This document shows positions 51,700 through 64,000 of a stretch of 64,000 nt of DNA, in pieces. Source of the DNA: Chiloscyllium plagiosum (lineage: Eukaryota); contig NC_057718.1 in the NCBI RefSeq assembly GCF_004010195.1, positions 25,051,955 through 25,115,954 on the forward strand, given 5' to 3'. The notes under the pieces are model-generated. The model was not told where the DNA came from and ran no database searches. It saw nothing but the letters and a program-made list of their open reading frames with translations. Numbering within the stretch: position 1 is the stretch's first letter; each line of letters begins with the position of its first letter. Position numbers and translations under genes: made by a program.

Positions 51700-52935
51700 T
51701 ATCACGATGAGGAGACTTATCATCTTTAAACCCATTAGCTTCCGTAGTACTTTTTCTCTAGTAGGATTTATTTCCTCCATGTCCCTTCCCAACCTTTAAC
51801 CTCTTTGTTGTTTCGTATGTTTGGAATACTATTAGCTTCCTGAACATGTGAAGAATGATGTAGTGTATATATTAAACTCATCCGCCATTTCCATCTTTCA
51901 CTACTATGTGCCTTGCCTCATTCTCTAAGGGGCCTATGCTCACTTTAGCCATCTCTCTTGTCAGATATTTAAAGAAATTGTTACTGTCTGTTTTTATATT
52001 ACTTGCTAGTTTGCCATAATAGATTTTCTTTTTCCGTCTTTTAGCTTTTGAAATTTTTCCGATCCTCTGGCTTACCACTTAACTTTGACACATTGTATCT
52101 CCTTTTTTATTCAGTTTGATGTTATGCTCAGCTTTCTCAGTGAAGTATGGTTGGCTTATCCCCTTTCTAGAATCTTTCTTGCTCATTAGGATTCATAGAT
52201 GCTCTGAATAATGAGCTACTTTCTCAAAAGTCGGCTGTTGTTTATCAACTTTTATTTTTGCTAAACTCCCTTTCCAGTTTACTCCTCCGTCCTCTGTCCT
52301 CCTCTGTATGTATTTATCCTTACTAAGCTCAGCACAGTTGTTCCTGACACAAGTTCCTCCCAAAGCGAATGCTGAATTCCATGATATTATGGTCACGGTG
52401 CCCTATAGGATTTTTATTTTGAGATTGTTTCCTAAACCTGTTATGATTACGCATTACTAGACCCAAAATATATTGATCTCTAGTTATCCACAATACATGT
52501 TTCAGGAAATTGTCCTAAATGCACTTTATGAATTCTTTCTCATGGTTCTCTTTGCTGATTTGATTTTTCCAAAATATATGAAGATTAGAGTCACCCATGA
52601 TTAATGTACTGCTTTTCTTTTAAACATATTTTATTATCTCTTGAAGCTACTGTTTGAAGCCAATAGATTATTCCCACCAGTGTTGTCTTCCCGTTATTAT
52701 TGTTTTCTCTACCCACATGGATTCTGCAGTTTCTAATCAAAGATCATTTCTTTCTACCATACTTATAGATTCATAGAGTCATAGCGATGTACAGCATGGA
52801 AACGGACTCTTTGGTCCAATTAATCCATGCCGACCAGATATCCCAACCCAATCTAGTCCCACCTGCCAGCACTTGATCCATAACCTTCTAAACCCTTCCT
52901 ATTCATCTACCCATCCAAATATCTTTTAAATGTTT
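51700..52935 (-). mobile_element. Old CR1 ORF2 fragment plus younger CR1 tail
   Basis: KLASNIKTDSNNFFKY..IGPLENE motif; younger tail at 52765-52935. Confidence 0.7.
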
Positions 52936-53024
52936 CTTCTATCTCATGCCAAAAACGCCACTCCATCACCCTTCCCTTCCTGCCTGTACATTTTAAAAAA
53001 TCACACACCACTGAATATGCCTTA

Positions 53025-53917
53025 AAAGCAAAGTCACAGGATAGTGAAGAAGGCAATTGGTATGCTTTCCTTTATTCGTCAGACCATTGAGTATAGGAGT
53101 TGGGAGGTCATGTTGCAGCTGTACAGGACATTGGTTAGGCCACTTTTGGAATATTGTGTGCAATTCTGGTCTCCTTCCTATCAGAGGGATGTTGTGAAAC
53201 CTGAAAGGGTTCAAAAAAGATTTACAGGGATATTGCCAAGGTTGGAGAATTTAAGTTATAGGGAGAGGCTGAATAGGCTGGGACTGTTTTCCCTGGAGTG
53301 TCGGAGGCTGAGGAGTGATCTTATAGAGCTGAAAATGTGTTGCTGGAAAAGCGCAGCAGGTCAGGCAGCATCCAGGAAACAGGAGAATTGACGTTTCGGG
53401 CATAAGCCCTTCTTCAGGAAGATTCCTGAAGAAGGGCTTATGCACGAAACGTCGATTCTCCTGTTCCCTGGATGCTGCTTGACCTGCTGCGCTTTTCCAG
53501 CAACACATTTTCAGCTCTGATCTCCAGCATCTGCAGACCTCACTTTCTCCTCAGTGATCTTATAGAGGCTTATAAAAGCATGCGGGGCATGGATTGGATA
53601 AATAGAGAAGGTATTTTCCCTGGCGTGGGGGAGTGCAGAACAAGAGGGCATAGGTTTATGGTGAGGGTGAAAAATATGAAAGGGACCTAAGGGGCAAGGT
53701 TTTCACACAGAATGGAATGAGCTGCCAGAGGAAGTGGTGGAGGCTATTACAATTACAGCATTTAGAAGGCATCTGGATGGGTATATGAATAGGAAAGGTT
53801 TAGAGGGATATGGGCCAAGTGCGGGCAAATGGGACTAGATTAGGTTGGGATATCTGGTTGAATTGGATGAGTTGGACCGAAGGGTCTGTCTCCGTGCTGT
53901 ACATCTCTGACTCTATG
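53025..53917 (+). mobile_element. CR1 LINE 3' part interrupted by a palindromic insertion
   Basis: LYRTLVRPLLEYCVQFWSP; resumes after 53552; tail at ~53915. Confidence 0.92.
53329..53552. mobile_element. Palindromic family B element with two hammerhead cores and a 15-bp TSD
   Basis: TSD agtgatcttatagag at 53314-53328 and 53553-53567; ~96-bp inverted arms 53325-53420 and 53423-53518. Confidence 0.88.
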
Positions 53918-54342
53918 TAGTTTCTAGCTTTGATCTCCTTGTAACCATATCTCTGTAATGACTATAAGGTCATATCCACTAACCGTTTTGTACCATTAAT
54001 TTGTGTTTTGTTCCAAAGAAAATGCTCTCTAATTAAAGAGCCATTAATTTTGACTTTTTCCAACTTTTTGCTTCCTTTGATCCTATTTGCTGCTGCTGTA
54101 TTTTAATGCTTTTACACTCTATCTCTTCTAGTCCACTTGAGTATCGCTATCAAAATAATTGCCCTTCAATGCTGCCACATTCTTTAGTTTTTAAAGCTTC
54201 CATATGTCTTCATCCAAATCTTTCTCTCTTCTAGTTAACCTAAAGCCTACTGTACAGCCCTGTAATTTTATTCACCAGGACACTGATCTTAGAATGGTTA
54301 AAATGAAGCCTGTCCAATTGGTGCAGCTTCCCTCCACCCCAT

Positions 54343-55352
54343 GATTTGGAGGTGCCTATGCTGGACTGGGGTGTACAAAGTTAAAGATCACACAACACCA
54401 GATTATAGTACAACAGGTTTATTTGGAAGCAGTAGCTTTCATATTGCTGCTCCTTCATCAGGTGATTGTGGAGTATAAGATCATAAGACTCAGAATTTAT
54501 AGCAAAAGTTTGGGTGGCATGGTGGCTCAGTGGTTAGCAATGCTGCCTCATAGTGCCAGGGACCCACGTTCAATTTCAGCCTCGGGCGACTGTCTGTGTG
54601 GAGTTTGTGCATTCTCCCTGTGTCTGTGTGGTTTTCTCCGGGTGCTCTGGTTTTCTCCCCACAGTCCAATTAAGTAGATTGGCAACGCTAAATTGCCCAT
54701 AGGGATGTGAAGGTTAGGTGCAAATGTAGGGGAATGGGTCTGGGTGGGTTAGTCTTTGGAGGGTTGGTGTGTTGTTTTTGTTAGGTTGAAGGGCCTGTTT
54801 CCACTACAGGGATTCCAATTCTAATTCTAATTCTTTACAGTGTGATGCAACTGAAGTTATATACTGAAAAGATCTGTATTGTTTGTTAAGTCTCTCATAT
54901 TTTAGAATGACCATGTTGGTTTCAGTTCTTTCGTATGTAAATCCCAGAATGTTTTTTAAAGTTACATTCTCAAGAGAACTTTAACAATAGGTATCATGTC
55001 AGCTCAGAAAATGTATTGAGGTGTGACGTTAAAGTTTGTCTGTGTCCCAATGTTCAGACTGATTCTATTTCTAAAAAAAAGGATTTACAGATTTCATGTA
55101 AGATTCTGTAAATCCCTTTTTTAGAAATAGAATCAGTCTGAACATTGAATAAAATATGAGAGACTTAACAAACAATCCAGGTCTTTTCAATATATCATTT
55201 CAGTTGCATTGCTCTGTAAACCTTTGCTATAAATTCTGTGTCTTGCAATCTTTTACTCCACAACCATCTGATGAAGGAGGAGCGCTCTGAAAGCTAGTGC
55301 TTCCAAATAAACCTGTTGGACTATAACCTGGTGTTGTGTGATTTTTAACCTT
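54343..55352. mobile_element. Fold-back family C Penelope-derived element with nested HE1 SINE
   Basis: Inverted termini (acaaagttaaagatcacacaacacc / ggtgttgtgtgatttttaac), central hairpin ~55048-55148, hammerhead motif 55265-55299. Confidence 0.78.
54511..54833 (+). mobile_element. HE1-type V-SINE
   Basis: gggtggcatggtggctcagtggttagca head, V domain, (aattct)n tail. Confidence 0.88.
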
Positions 55353-55354
55353 TT

Positions 55355-56120
55355 ACCCCAGTAACAGTGATGATTCCCTATGAATTGAAACTCCTTCTTC
55401 CCACACCAATCTTTGAGATACCCATTTAACCTGTTTTTATTTACTTTCTGTCAGTTTTCCTGTGGCCTAGGTAGTAATTGTGAGCTTATTACTTTGGGTG
55501 TTCTGCCTATCAATTTAGCTCCTAACTGTTCAGGATCTTTCAGCAGAATATCCTTTCCATTCCTGTCAATATTATTTATACCAATATAGACAACGTCAAC
55601 TTTATCCTCCCCTCTCACTTCACATTCCTCTTCAGTCATAAGGAAATGTCGTTAATCTTGGCATTAGGCAGACAACACAACCCTTGGGACTCAAACTCAC
55701 AGCTGCAAAAAACAGTGTCTACTTTCCTAGTAATACGTCCCCCACCATTACTGCATTCATATTTCTTCCTACACTTGAATGATTTCGTGTTCCACGGTGT
55801 TGTGGTCAGTATGCTTATCTTCCCTGAAGTCCCTGCTCTTGTTCACACAGCTTACAAGAACCTTTTATCTATTGGACAATAGTAGAGACAAAGGACTTTT
55901 GAGCACTTCCCTTGGTCCCCATACTTGCCCCACTTATAATGATAACTTTTGCCTTTGATCACAGACCAGGTTTGGATGACCTAATCTAAATGTGTGACCA
56001 CCCCCTGGAGCCAGTTATCCAGGAAGCATTCCCCTTCTCTGATGTGAGGCAATGTATGCAACTTAAACTCCAGCTCCTCAACTCAAACTTGAATTTATTT
56101 GAGTGGCAAATACTTGCAAC
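55355..56120 (-). mobile_element. CR1 ORF1 (SGNH-esterase-like) remnant
   Basis: VVYIGINNID..LGAKL..VISSQLLP motif typical of CR1 ORF1. Confidence 0.6.
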
Positions 56121-56124
56121 AGAT

Positions 56125-57105
56125 GTGATTAAAATTTACATAGAGGATTTGGAATTGGGGACCACGTGTACTGTGTCAAAGTTTGCGGATGACACTAAGA
56201 TGAGTGGCAGAGCAAAGTGTGCAGAGGACTGTGAAACTTTGCAAAGCGACGTCGATAGTTTAAGTGAGTGGGCAAAGTCTGGCAGATGGAGTACAATGTT
56301 AATAAATGTGAAGTCATCCATTTTGGTAGGAGTAACAGTAAAAAGGACGATTACTTGAATGGTTAAAAAATTACAGTATGCTGCGATACAGAGGGACCTG
56401 GGTGTCCTTGTGCATGAATTACAGAGGGGTGGTCTGCAGGTGCAACAGATAATTAAGAAGGCAAATGAAATTTTGTCCTTAATTGCTAAAGGGATTGAAT
56501 GTAAAAGCAGGGAGGTTATGCTGTAGCTGTGCAGGGTGCTGGTGAGGCCACACCTGGAGTACTGCGTGCAGTTTTGGTCTCCTTACTTGAGAAAGAATGT
56601 ACTGGCACTTGAGGGTGTGCAGAGGAGGTTCACTAGGTTAATTTCAGAGTTGAGGGGGTTGGCTTATGAGGTGAGACTGAGTAGACTGGGATGATATTCT
56701 TTGGAGTTTAGAAGAATGAGGGGGGTTCTTCTAGAAGCCTTTAAATTATAAAGGGAATAGATAAGATAGAAGTAGAGAGGATGTTTCCACTGGTGGGTGA
56801 AACTAGGACAAGAGGACATAGCCTCAAAATTAGCAGGACCAGATTTTAGAAGGAACTTCTTCACCCAGAGGGTTGTGAATCCATAGAATTGTCTGCCCAG
56901 TGAAGTAGTTGAGGCTTCCTTAGTAAATGTGTTTAAAGCTAAGATAGATAATTTTGTGAACAGTAGAGGAATTAAGGGTTATGGTGAGAGGGTGGGTAAT
57001 TGGAGCTGAGACCACAAAAAGATCAGCCATGATGTTATTAAATGGTGGAGCAGGCTCGAAGGGCCAGATGGCCAACTCCTGCTCCTAGTTCTTATGTTCT
57101 TATGT
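56125..57105 (+). mobile_element. CR1 LINE 3' part
   Basis: [12 protein letters not shown] and VRPHLEYCVQFWSP motifs; (ttcttatg)n tail. Confidence 0.9.
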
Positions 57106-57268
57106 TTACTGTGGATCTCCTTGGGTTTCAACAGTTCACACATTCCAAATTTAATTAAGTTGGTGTTTCAATGTGCACCTTGAAATTAATCCATGGGAAG
57201 TTCACAACTACGAAATTTTGAACTGAGGATTTTATTTAAATTTCAGCAATAACTACAACTAAATTAAG

Positions 57269-57985
57269 TGTTATGAAGGTGTAAGGGGTACTGTACCTTT
57301 TAAGAAAGTTGAAAAGCTAGCAAGGACTTAGAGAGGCACAGAGAGTCCAGAACAAGATAACAATGTAATGCTTGGTCAGGACAGCTAACAGTGGCCGGGT
57401 TGCTATGAGAAAAAAACAAATTCAAATTTGGCCAATCAGTTTAAATTATGCCCCAATATACCAAACTCTAATTGATTTTGAATTTAGTATTTTGACAGTA
57501 TTAAAACCAATGAAACGATCCAAGAGTTAACCAGAGCAGCAAAGAGAACTGCCAAAAGACCAATAGGTATAGGCTGCCAGTAAGAGCTCTCTGAGAGTTA
57601 TCTCTCTGGAGAAGGAATTTGCACAGAGAAAAGACATTGACATCAACCTGAAAAGAAAATGTACAGAGGAAGATACATGGAGTAGATTTGTCAGCTGGCT
57701 GGTTTTGAAATATGAATTTCTTTGTAAATCTTAATCGGGAGCTTTATAGGACCAGTATTGTAGAATGGGAGGTAAAAGATAGGTTTAGAGAAAGGAGTTG
57801 TAAATAGTTGTTGGTTAATGTTCTCTGTTACACTTAAAGAATAAAGTTCTTAAATTTTTTGAACTTTAAATAGTGACTTTGGGAAAGTTCTTTGCCTCTC
57901 GGATTTTCACAGATTACAGCATGGTGTGAATCTTTTCCGGGTTGCTGGTTTAAATTAGCAGAGGGGTTTGCCCCATGTCATACCA
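57269..57985 (+). mobile_element. Probable solo LTR (~717 bp)
   Basis: TGTTATGA...TCATACCA near-inverted termini, internal AATAAA (~57840), near-TSD taag/tagg. Confidence 0.6.
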
Positions 57986-58260
57986 TAGGTTTGAACAAAT
58001 TAAAGATTTAGACATTTTTGTACCCAGCAAATGCAAATACTCAGATACGCTGAACTGAAACAAACACAACATGCTGGAGAAATTATTTTCAACCTTCAGT
58101 TCTGAAGAAACTGCCAGAAATGTTGAATCTCTCCTGCATTCTCTAAGTTTGTTTCAGATTTACAGCACCTGCAATACTTTGGTTTTATTACAAGGCTGAA
58201 CTAAGTTTGCCTGCTGGTTTTATAATTACAGCAGATCAATATTTTATTCTGTTCCTCTAG

Positions 58261-58330
58261 GTTGGTGCTTTAAATGCATGTTTCTTCGCAAAGCGAGGTT
58301 TTCAAGTGGAACTTTATGAAGCACGCAAAG
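58261..58330 (+). CDS. KMO: Kynurenine 3-monooxygenase exon 2
   Basis: ttcctctag|[23 protein letters not shown](+1 nt)|gtggga; 70 nt; resembles human [23 protein letters not shown]. Later exons not found in the window. Confidence 0.93.
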
Positions 58331-58711
58331 GTGGGATTCATTTACTTTCTTTTTGCCTTTTAACATCGTCAAATGAACACATCTCCAAGTTGTGATTTAG
58401 TCTTAGTTATAGAAGTAGTTAAAACAATCTGTGGAGCTCATACCTACTAAACTTAATTTAAATACCTAAGTTTATTAAGGTCATCTGTAAACTACAATTC
58501 CTGTCCATGTTGCTTTCTAAGTTATAATTTTGAATCACGTTATATTGTATTATAATATATCATATTATATCAAGATTTAATATCTAATGTTGGAAAATAT
58601 TATCCAGAGATGTACACATCTCATTTGCCATCATGTATTGAGCAACCAAACAAATCATTGGTATTGATTTTGAAACATTTTCTTAAATTCTGAATTTTCA
58701 CATATCCAGAA

Positions 58712-59330
58712 TGTGACAAAGCTCTTCCTTTAACAAGGTTATGTTGTTCTTGACTTTTTTTGAGAGAGAGGTCGTAAAAGACACAGACTCCAAAAAGTCT
58801 GGGGTTGAAGGGTTTTAGAGCCAATTTGTTTAGAGCTAACAAAAGCTGCCTCAGGCATAATGCATTCAAATTTTAAAACACATACTTGTCCAATGAAAGG
58901 GGACTATCCTGTTCTCCCAGCTCAGCTTTTCTCTGGGTTGGTTTGAGTTTTAGTGCAGGAGTGTTGTAAAATTGCTGGACCCGAAGAAGCAGGTCCAGGC
59001 TGGTACTCTCTCTCTCTGACATCTGTCCTGTCAGACCCTGTGTTTGAGTTTACCTTTTGTGCAAAGGGTGTTTATGGGGATTGTTGCAAGTATTTGGAAT
59101 AGCATCATTAGGTTCAGTTTTTGGATAGGTATTCTGTATTCTGTTCTTTTTCGTTTGTATTTCATCCAATAATCTTGTAAATAAATTCTGTTTTGTTCAA
59201 AACAAAGTGGGTTGACCAGCAGCATCCCTCCTTGAATATCCACTTTACACCTGCTTAAAACAACTTGCAAAGTTAGGGTCTGGGCGACTGGCTTGAAATG
59301 TTTTGATGGGGTCTGGCCTGGTCCATAACA
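58712..59330 (+). mobile_element. Solo LTR (619 bp) with 4-bp TSD
   Basis: TG...CA ends, perfect AGAA TSD (58708-58711, 59331-59334), internal AATAAA (~59180). Confidence 0.72.
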
Positions 59331-59849
59331 AGAAGAAAATTTTCAGTCATAAAATTGAATAAGTGTACATGTTAACTTAATTGATTTTATGATATTTATT
59401 CACATTTCTACTTCAAGGCCTTAGTCCCTTTTAAGTGTGTAATCTAACAGTTACAATTCACTAAATTTCCCTGCAGGCAATCCTGCCATCAACAAGTTTA
59501 GAAACGGAACATTCTTCACCTTGTGAAAGATGACCTCCCTCTTCACATCCTCCCATTGCTGCTAAAAATGTTATCAAGTTCTGACATAGCAGCACTGAAT
59601 CCAGATCCCCTTCATTTTGCTAACCTAAAATGCTAATAAGTCAACTTCCGCCATAACCATGTTTACCTTAACCATGTTCTTGTAAAATTGAGACACATTG
59701 TGAGCAAAACAATATTTGAACTGTAAGCATTTCAGTTATTGAATAAACTGTTTTTGTGAGTGTAGTTTTAAACTTGTTTAAAGTCTCCATTCCCCAGGAA
59801 ATAATGAGGAGTGATTGAACTCTGTTCACCCAGTAGAAATAACTACTAT

Positions 59850-61275
59850 ATAGGAAAGGTGGTAAGGAAAAGCCAGGGAACTATAGATCGGTGAGCCTGA
59901 CGTCGGTGGCGGGCAAGTTGTTGGAGGGAATCCTGAGGGACAGGATTTACATGAATTTGGAAAGGCAAGGACTGATTAGGGATAGTCAGCATGGCTTTGT
60001 GCATAGGAAATCATGTCTCACAAACTTGATTGAGTTTTTGGAAGAAGTAACAAAGAGTGTTGATGAGGGCAGAGCAGTGGATGTGATCTATATGGACTCC
60101 AGTAAGGCGTTCAACAAGGTTCCCCATGGGTGACTGGTTAGCAAGGTTACATATGATGGAATACAGGGAGAACTAGTCATTTAGATGCAGAACTGTCTCA
60201 AAGAGAGAAGACAGAGGGTGGTGGTGGAGGATTGATTTTCAGACTGGATGTCTGTGACCAGTGGAGTGCCACAAGGATCGGTGTTAGTTTGACTATATTT
60301 CGTCATTTATATAAACGACTTTGATATGAATATAGGAGGTATAGTTAATAAGTTTGCAGATGACACCAAAATTGAAGATGTGTAGTGGACAGCAAAGAAG
60401 ATTACCTCAGATTACAACAGGATCTTGATCAGATGGGCCAATGGGCTGAGGAGTGGCAGATAGAATTTAATTTAGATAAATACAAGGTGCTGCATTTTGG
60501 AAAAGCAAATCAGAGCAGGACTTATACACCTAATGGTAATGTCCCAGGGAGTGTTGCTGAACAAAGAGACCTTGGAGTGCAGGTTCATAGTTCCTTGAAA
60601 GTGGAGTCGCAAGTAGATAGGATAGGGAAGAAGGCATTTGGTATGCTTTCTTTCATTGGTCAGAGTATTGAGTACAGGAGTTGAGAGGTCATGTTGTGGC
60701 TGTACAGGACATTGGTTAGGCCACTTCTGGAATATTGCATGCAATTCTGGTCTCCTTCCTATCAGAAAGATGTTGTGAAATTTTAAAGGGTTCAGAAAAG
60801 ATTTATAAGGATGTTGCCAGGGTTGGAAGGTTTGAGCTATAGGGAGAGGCTGAATAGGATGGGACTGTTTTCCCTGGAGCGTTAGAGGCTGAGGGATGAC
60901 CTTATAGAGATTTATAAAGTCATGAGGGGCATGGATAGGAGAAATAGACAAAGGTTTTTCCCGGGGATCGGGGAGTCCAAAACTAGAGGGCATAGGTTTT
61001 GGGTGTGAGGTGAAAGATGTGAAAGGGAGCTAAGGGGCAATTTTATCATGCAGAGGGTGGTGTGTGTATGGAACGAGCTGCCAGAGGAAGTGCTGGAGGC
61101 TGGTACAATTACAGCATTTAAAAAGGCATATGGATAGGTATACAAATAGAAAGGGTTTAGAGGGATATGGGCCGTGTGCTGGCAAATGGGACTAGATTGG
61201 GTTGGGATATCAAGTCGGCATGGACAGGTTGGACCAAATGGTCTATTTCCATGCTATATGTCACTACGACTCTAA
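59850..61275 (+). mobile_element. CR1 LINE RT region and tail
   Basis: SLTSVAGKLLE, QHGF..SCLTNLIEF, KFADDTK motifs; closely related to the copy at 1-1097. Confidence 0.93.
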
Positions 61276-62787
61276 TTGGAGAAGCAACAGCTTTGATGGA
61301 GTTGAAATCATGTTACCTGAATTACTTTGGGTCCTTCCCAGCTCCAGTGTCATATTAAACTGGTCTTCCGCAGGACAGCCTCATCAGTCTAATGTGTGCA
61401 AGTAAGGGTTCTTTGGTGTAACAAGAACTCCACCACAACTTGGAGGGCTAGTTGGAGTGTGACACTCTATTGAGTAAAGCCTATTTGTCAAGAATTTAAG
61501 GCTTTAAGTGTAGCTTGTAGTCTGCAAAAAGCCTGAGTTTTGTTCCGAGCTTCACAAGAATAATGCTATCCTGTGTTATCTAATGCTCTGGCCACAATCT
61601 TCCCAGATGTTGCTGTTTTTAAGCCTGTGGGCCCTGAGCTAATGAAATCCAGCATGATGTCTGTTTGGGGCGTGCAGCTAGGACACCCCCAAAATGGGCA
61701 AGCTCATGCTCTAACGATTGGGTGACACTTGGTGTGCTCTACCTGCATGATTATTACAGTTGTCTGATGTGAATTATTACGTATACTTGCGAAGATCACA
61801 TTTGCACAGCATTTGCATGTACTGTATACATCTCCGGGAACTGTTTGCTCAGCTTGCTAGGCAGTTAGCTTGTGGATCAGATTTACATCAATCCTTCTGG
61901 TTGCGTGGGAACCCAGGCTTGCCTTCTTGCTAAAACAGGGCACTCTGCCACTGTTCAACAAATAATCAACAAAAACCTATCCCCAGGCAGAGAACTCAAC
62001 AAGAAGCACAATATACGTTATTAGTTCAATGAAAAACTTCTTTGCTTTCCCAATTAGTTTCAAATAAAGGTGAACAATAGGTTCATATCATCAATGTGAT
62101 ATAGAAAGGTGCCATTCAGTCGATTAAGTTTGTGTCAAGTTTCTGTAGAGCAATCCAGACCAATTTTTCTTGCTCATAGCTGTTCAGTGGCCCACACAGT
62201 TTCCTTTTAAAGTCATTCATCTTTTCTGCTTCTCCCGAATGAGAATTCCAAGTTGTTAGCACTCCAAGGATAACAATCCCAGCTTTCCAAACCTAAGGTT
62301 TTATCCGAAATTCCTCATCCTTGCAACCTTTTTGCTAAATCTCTTCTTCGTACTCCGTGTTTTTGTGTATGTCAGGAACATCCTTACAGCTCAAAGTGTA
62401 ATTGATTGCAGCAGTCATGTGTCCCATGTTTAGTCACATAGCAGTGGCAAGCAAGAAAAGTCAATACCTGCTGGCAGATGATTCAACTTCAGGTTGGGAT
62501 AGGTTTTGAAATGCTGCTCCCTGCATGCATCCAGGTGGGAAGAGCTGCTACCGGTTGGGAGAAGTGTTTATTGACCCATCATTAAAATTTTTCAGCAAAT
62601 TACAGCCTCCAACCTTCCATGACACCACCCATCAGGTGATTCCCATCGCTCTCTGCTTTTATCTATCAATCTATGTTCCTAGACCCCTCCTTGCCGCATC
62701 CACTCTGCCAATGTATCAAGATCTTCAAGTTCTCCTGCAGACTAAATGCCAAGCTCCTCCCATGACACAATTGCCTCCTCCCACTTA

Positions 62788-64000
62788 GAGCGTATGTAAA
62801 TAGTCCAACGCAGGAAGGGGCCATACTGGACCTAGTGTTTGGAAATGAGCCCGGCCAGGTGGTCGATGCTTCAGTGGGGAATTACTTTGGGAATAGTGAT
62901 CACAATTCCATAAGTTTTAGAATCCTTGTGGACAAAGACGAGAGTGGTCCTAAAGGAAGAGTGCTAAATTGGGGGAAGGCCAACTATACCAAAATTTGGC
63001 ACGAGCTGGGGAATGTAGTAGCTGTTTGAAGGTAAGTCCACTTTCAAAATGTGGGAGGCTTTTAAAGAGAGTTTGGTTGGAGTTCAGGAGAGGTAAGTTC
63101 CTGTGAAAATGAGGGACCGAATTGGCAAGGTTAGGGAACCATGGATGACAGGTGAAATTGTGAGACTAGCTAAGAGGAAAAAGGATGTGTACATAAGGTC
63201 TAGGCTACTGAAGACAAAGCTTTGGAAGAATATCAGGAATGTAGGACCAATCTGAAATGAGGAATTAAAAGGGCTAAAAGGGGTCATGAGATATCTTTAG
63301 CAAACAGGGTTAAGGAAAGTCCCAAAGCTTTTTTTTCACATGTAAGGAGCAAGAGGGTAACTAGAGAAGGGGTTTGCTCACTCAAGGACAAAGGGGGAAA
63401 GTTTTGGGTAGGGTCGGAGAAAATGGGTGAGATTCTTAATGAGTGCTTTGTATCAGTATTCACTAAGGAGAGGGACATGACGGATGTTGAGGTTAGAGAT
63501 GGATCTTTGATGGATCCAGGTCAAGTCAGCATAAGGAGGGAGGAAGTTTTGGGTATTCTAGAAGGCATTAAGGTCCCCAGGTCCGGATGGGATCTACGCC
63601 AGGTTACAGAGGGAAGAAAGAGAGGAAATAGCTGAGACTTTAACAGATATCTTTGCAGCATCCTTGAACACAGGTGAGGTCGCAGAGCACTGGAGAATTG
63701 CTAATGTTGTCCCCTTGTTTAAGAAGGGGAGCAGGGATACTCCAGGTAATTATAGACCGGTGAGCCTGATGTCAGTGGTAGTGAAGCTGCTGGAGAAGAT
63801 ACTAAGGGATAGGATCTATTCCCATTTGGAATAAAATGGGCTTATCAGTAATGGGCAGCATGGTTTTGTGTGGGGAAGGTCATGTCTTACAAACCTAATA
63901 GAATTCTTTGAGGAGGTGACAAAGTTGGTTGATGGGGGAAGGGCTGTAGATGTCAGAAATATGAGCTTGACTAAGGCGTTTGACAAGGCTCCCTATGGTA
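62788..64000 (+). mobile_element. CR1 LINE ORF2 (endonuclease end to RT start), runs off window
   Basis: ILDLVFGNEPGQV..GNSDHNSI; ANVVPLFKKG..NYRPVSL; QHGFVWGRSCLTNL. Confidence 0.92.

Noticed and set aside
58331..64000. KMO exon 3
   Set aside because: No match to the expected ..GRSINLALSHRG.. segment was found; it probably lies beyond the window.

Overview
Vertebrate genomic DNA, almost certainly a shark, inferred from HE1-type V-SINEs, HER1/CR1 LINEs and DeuSINE-like repeats. The window holds the complete 10-exon fumarate hydratase gene on the minus strand (FH; ATG 45231 to stop 4166; 1521 nt, 506 aa; all introns GT-AG). About 2.15 kb away and head-to-head lie the first two coding exons of kynurenine 3-monooxygenase (KMO, plus strand). 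The rest is mostly decayed retroelements: many CR1 LINEs, an older unassigned LINE with a partner SINE, HE1 and Deu SINEs, Penelope-like elements (RT plus GIY-YIG), a Gypsy pol remnant and two solo LTRs. The most notable non-genic signals are these. (1) About a dozen minimal type I hammerhead-ribozyme motifs occur in a Penelope element and in at least three families of short, TSD-flanked, often palindromic non-coding insertions. (2) A ~260 bp inverted duplication brackets the KMO promoter and exon 1. (3) There are small templated-copy events in FH introns. Exon coordinates were read directly from splice sites; repeat boundaries are approximate and family names come from recall, not a database search.
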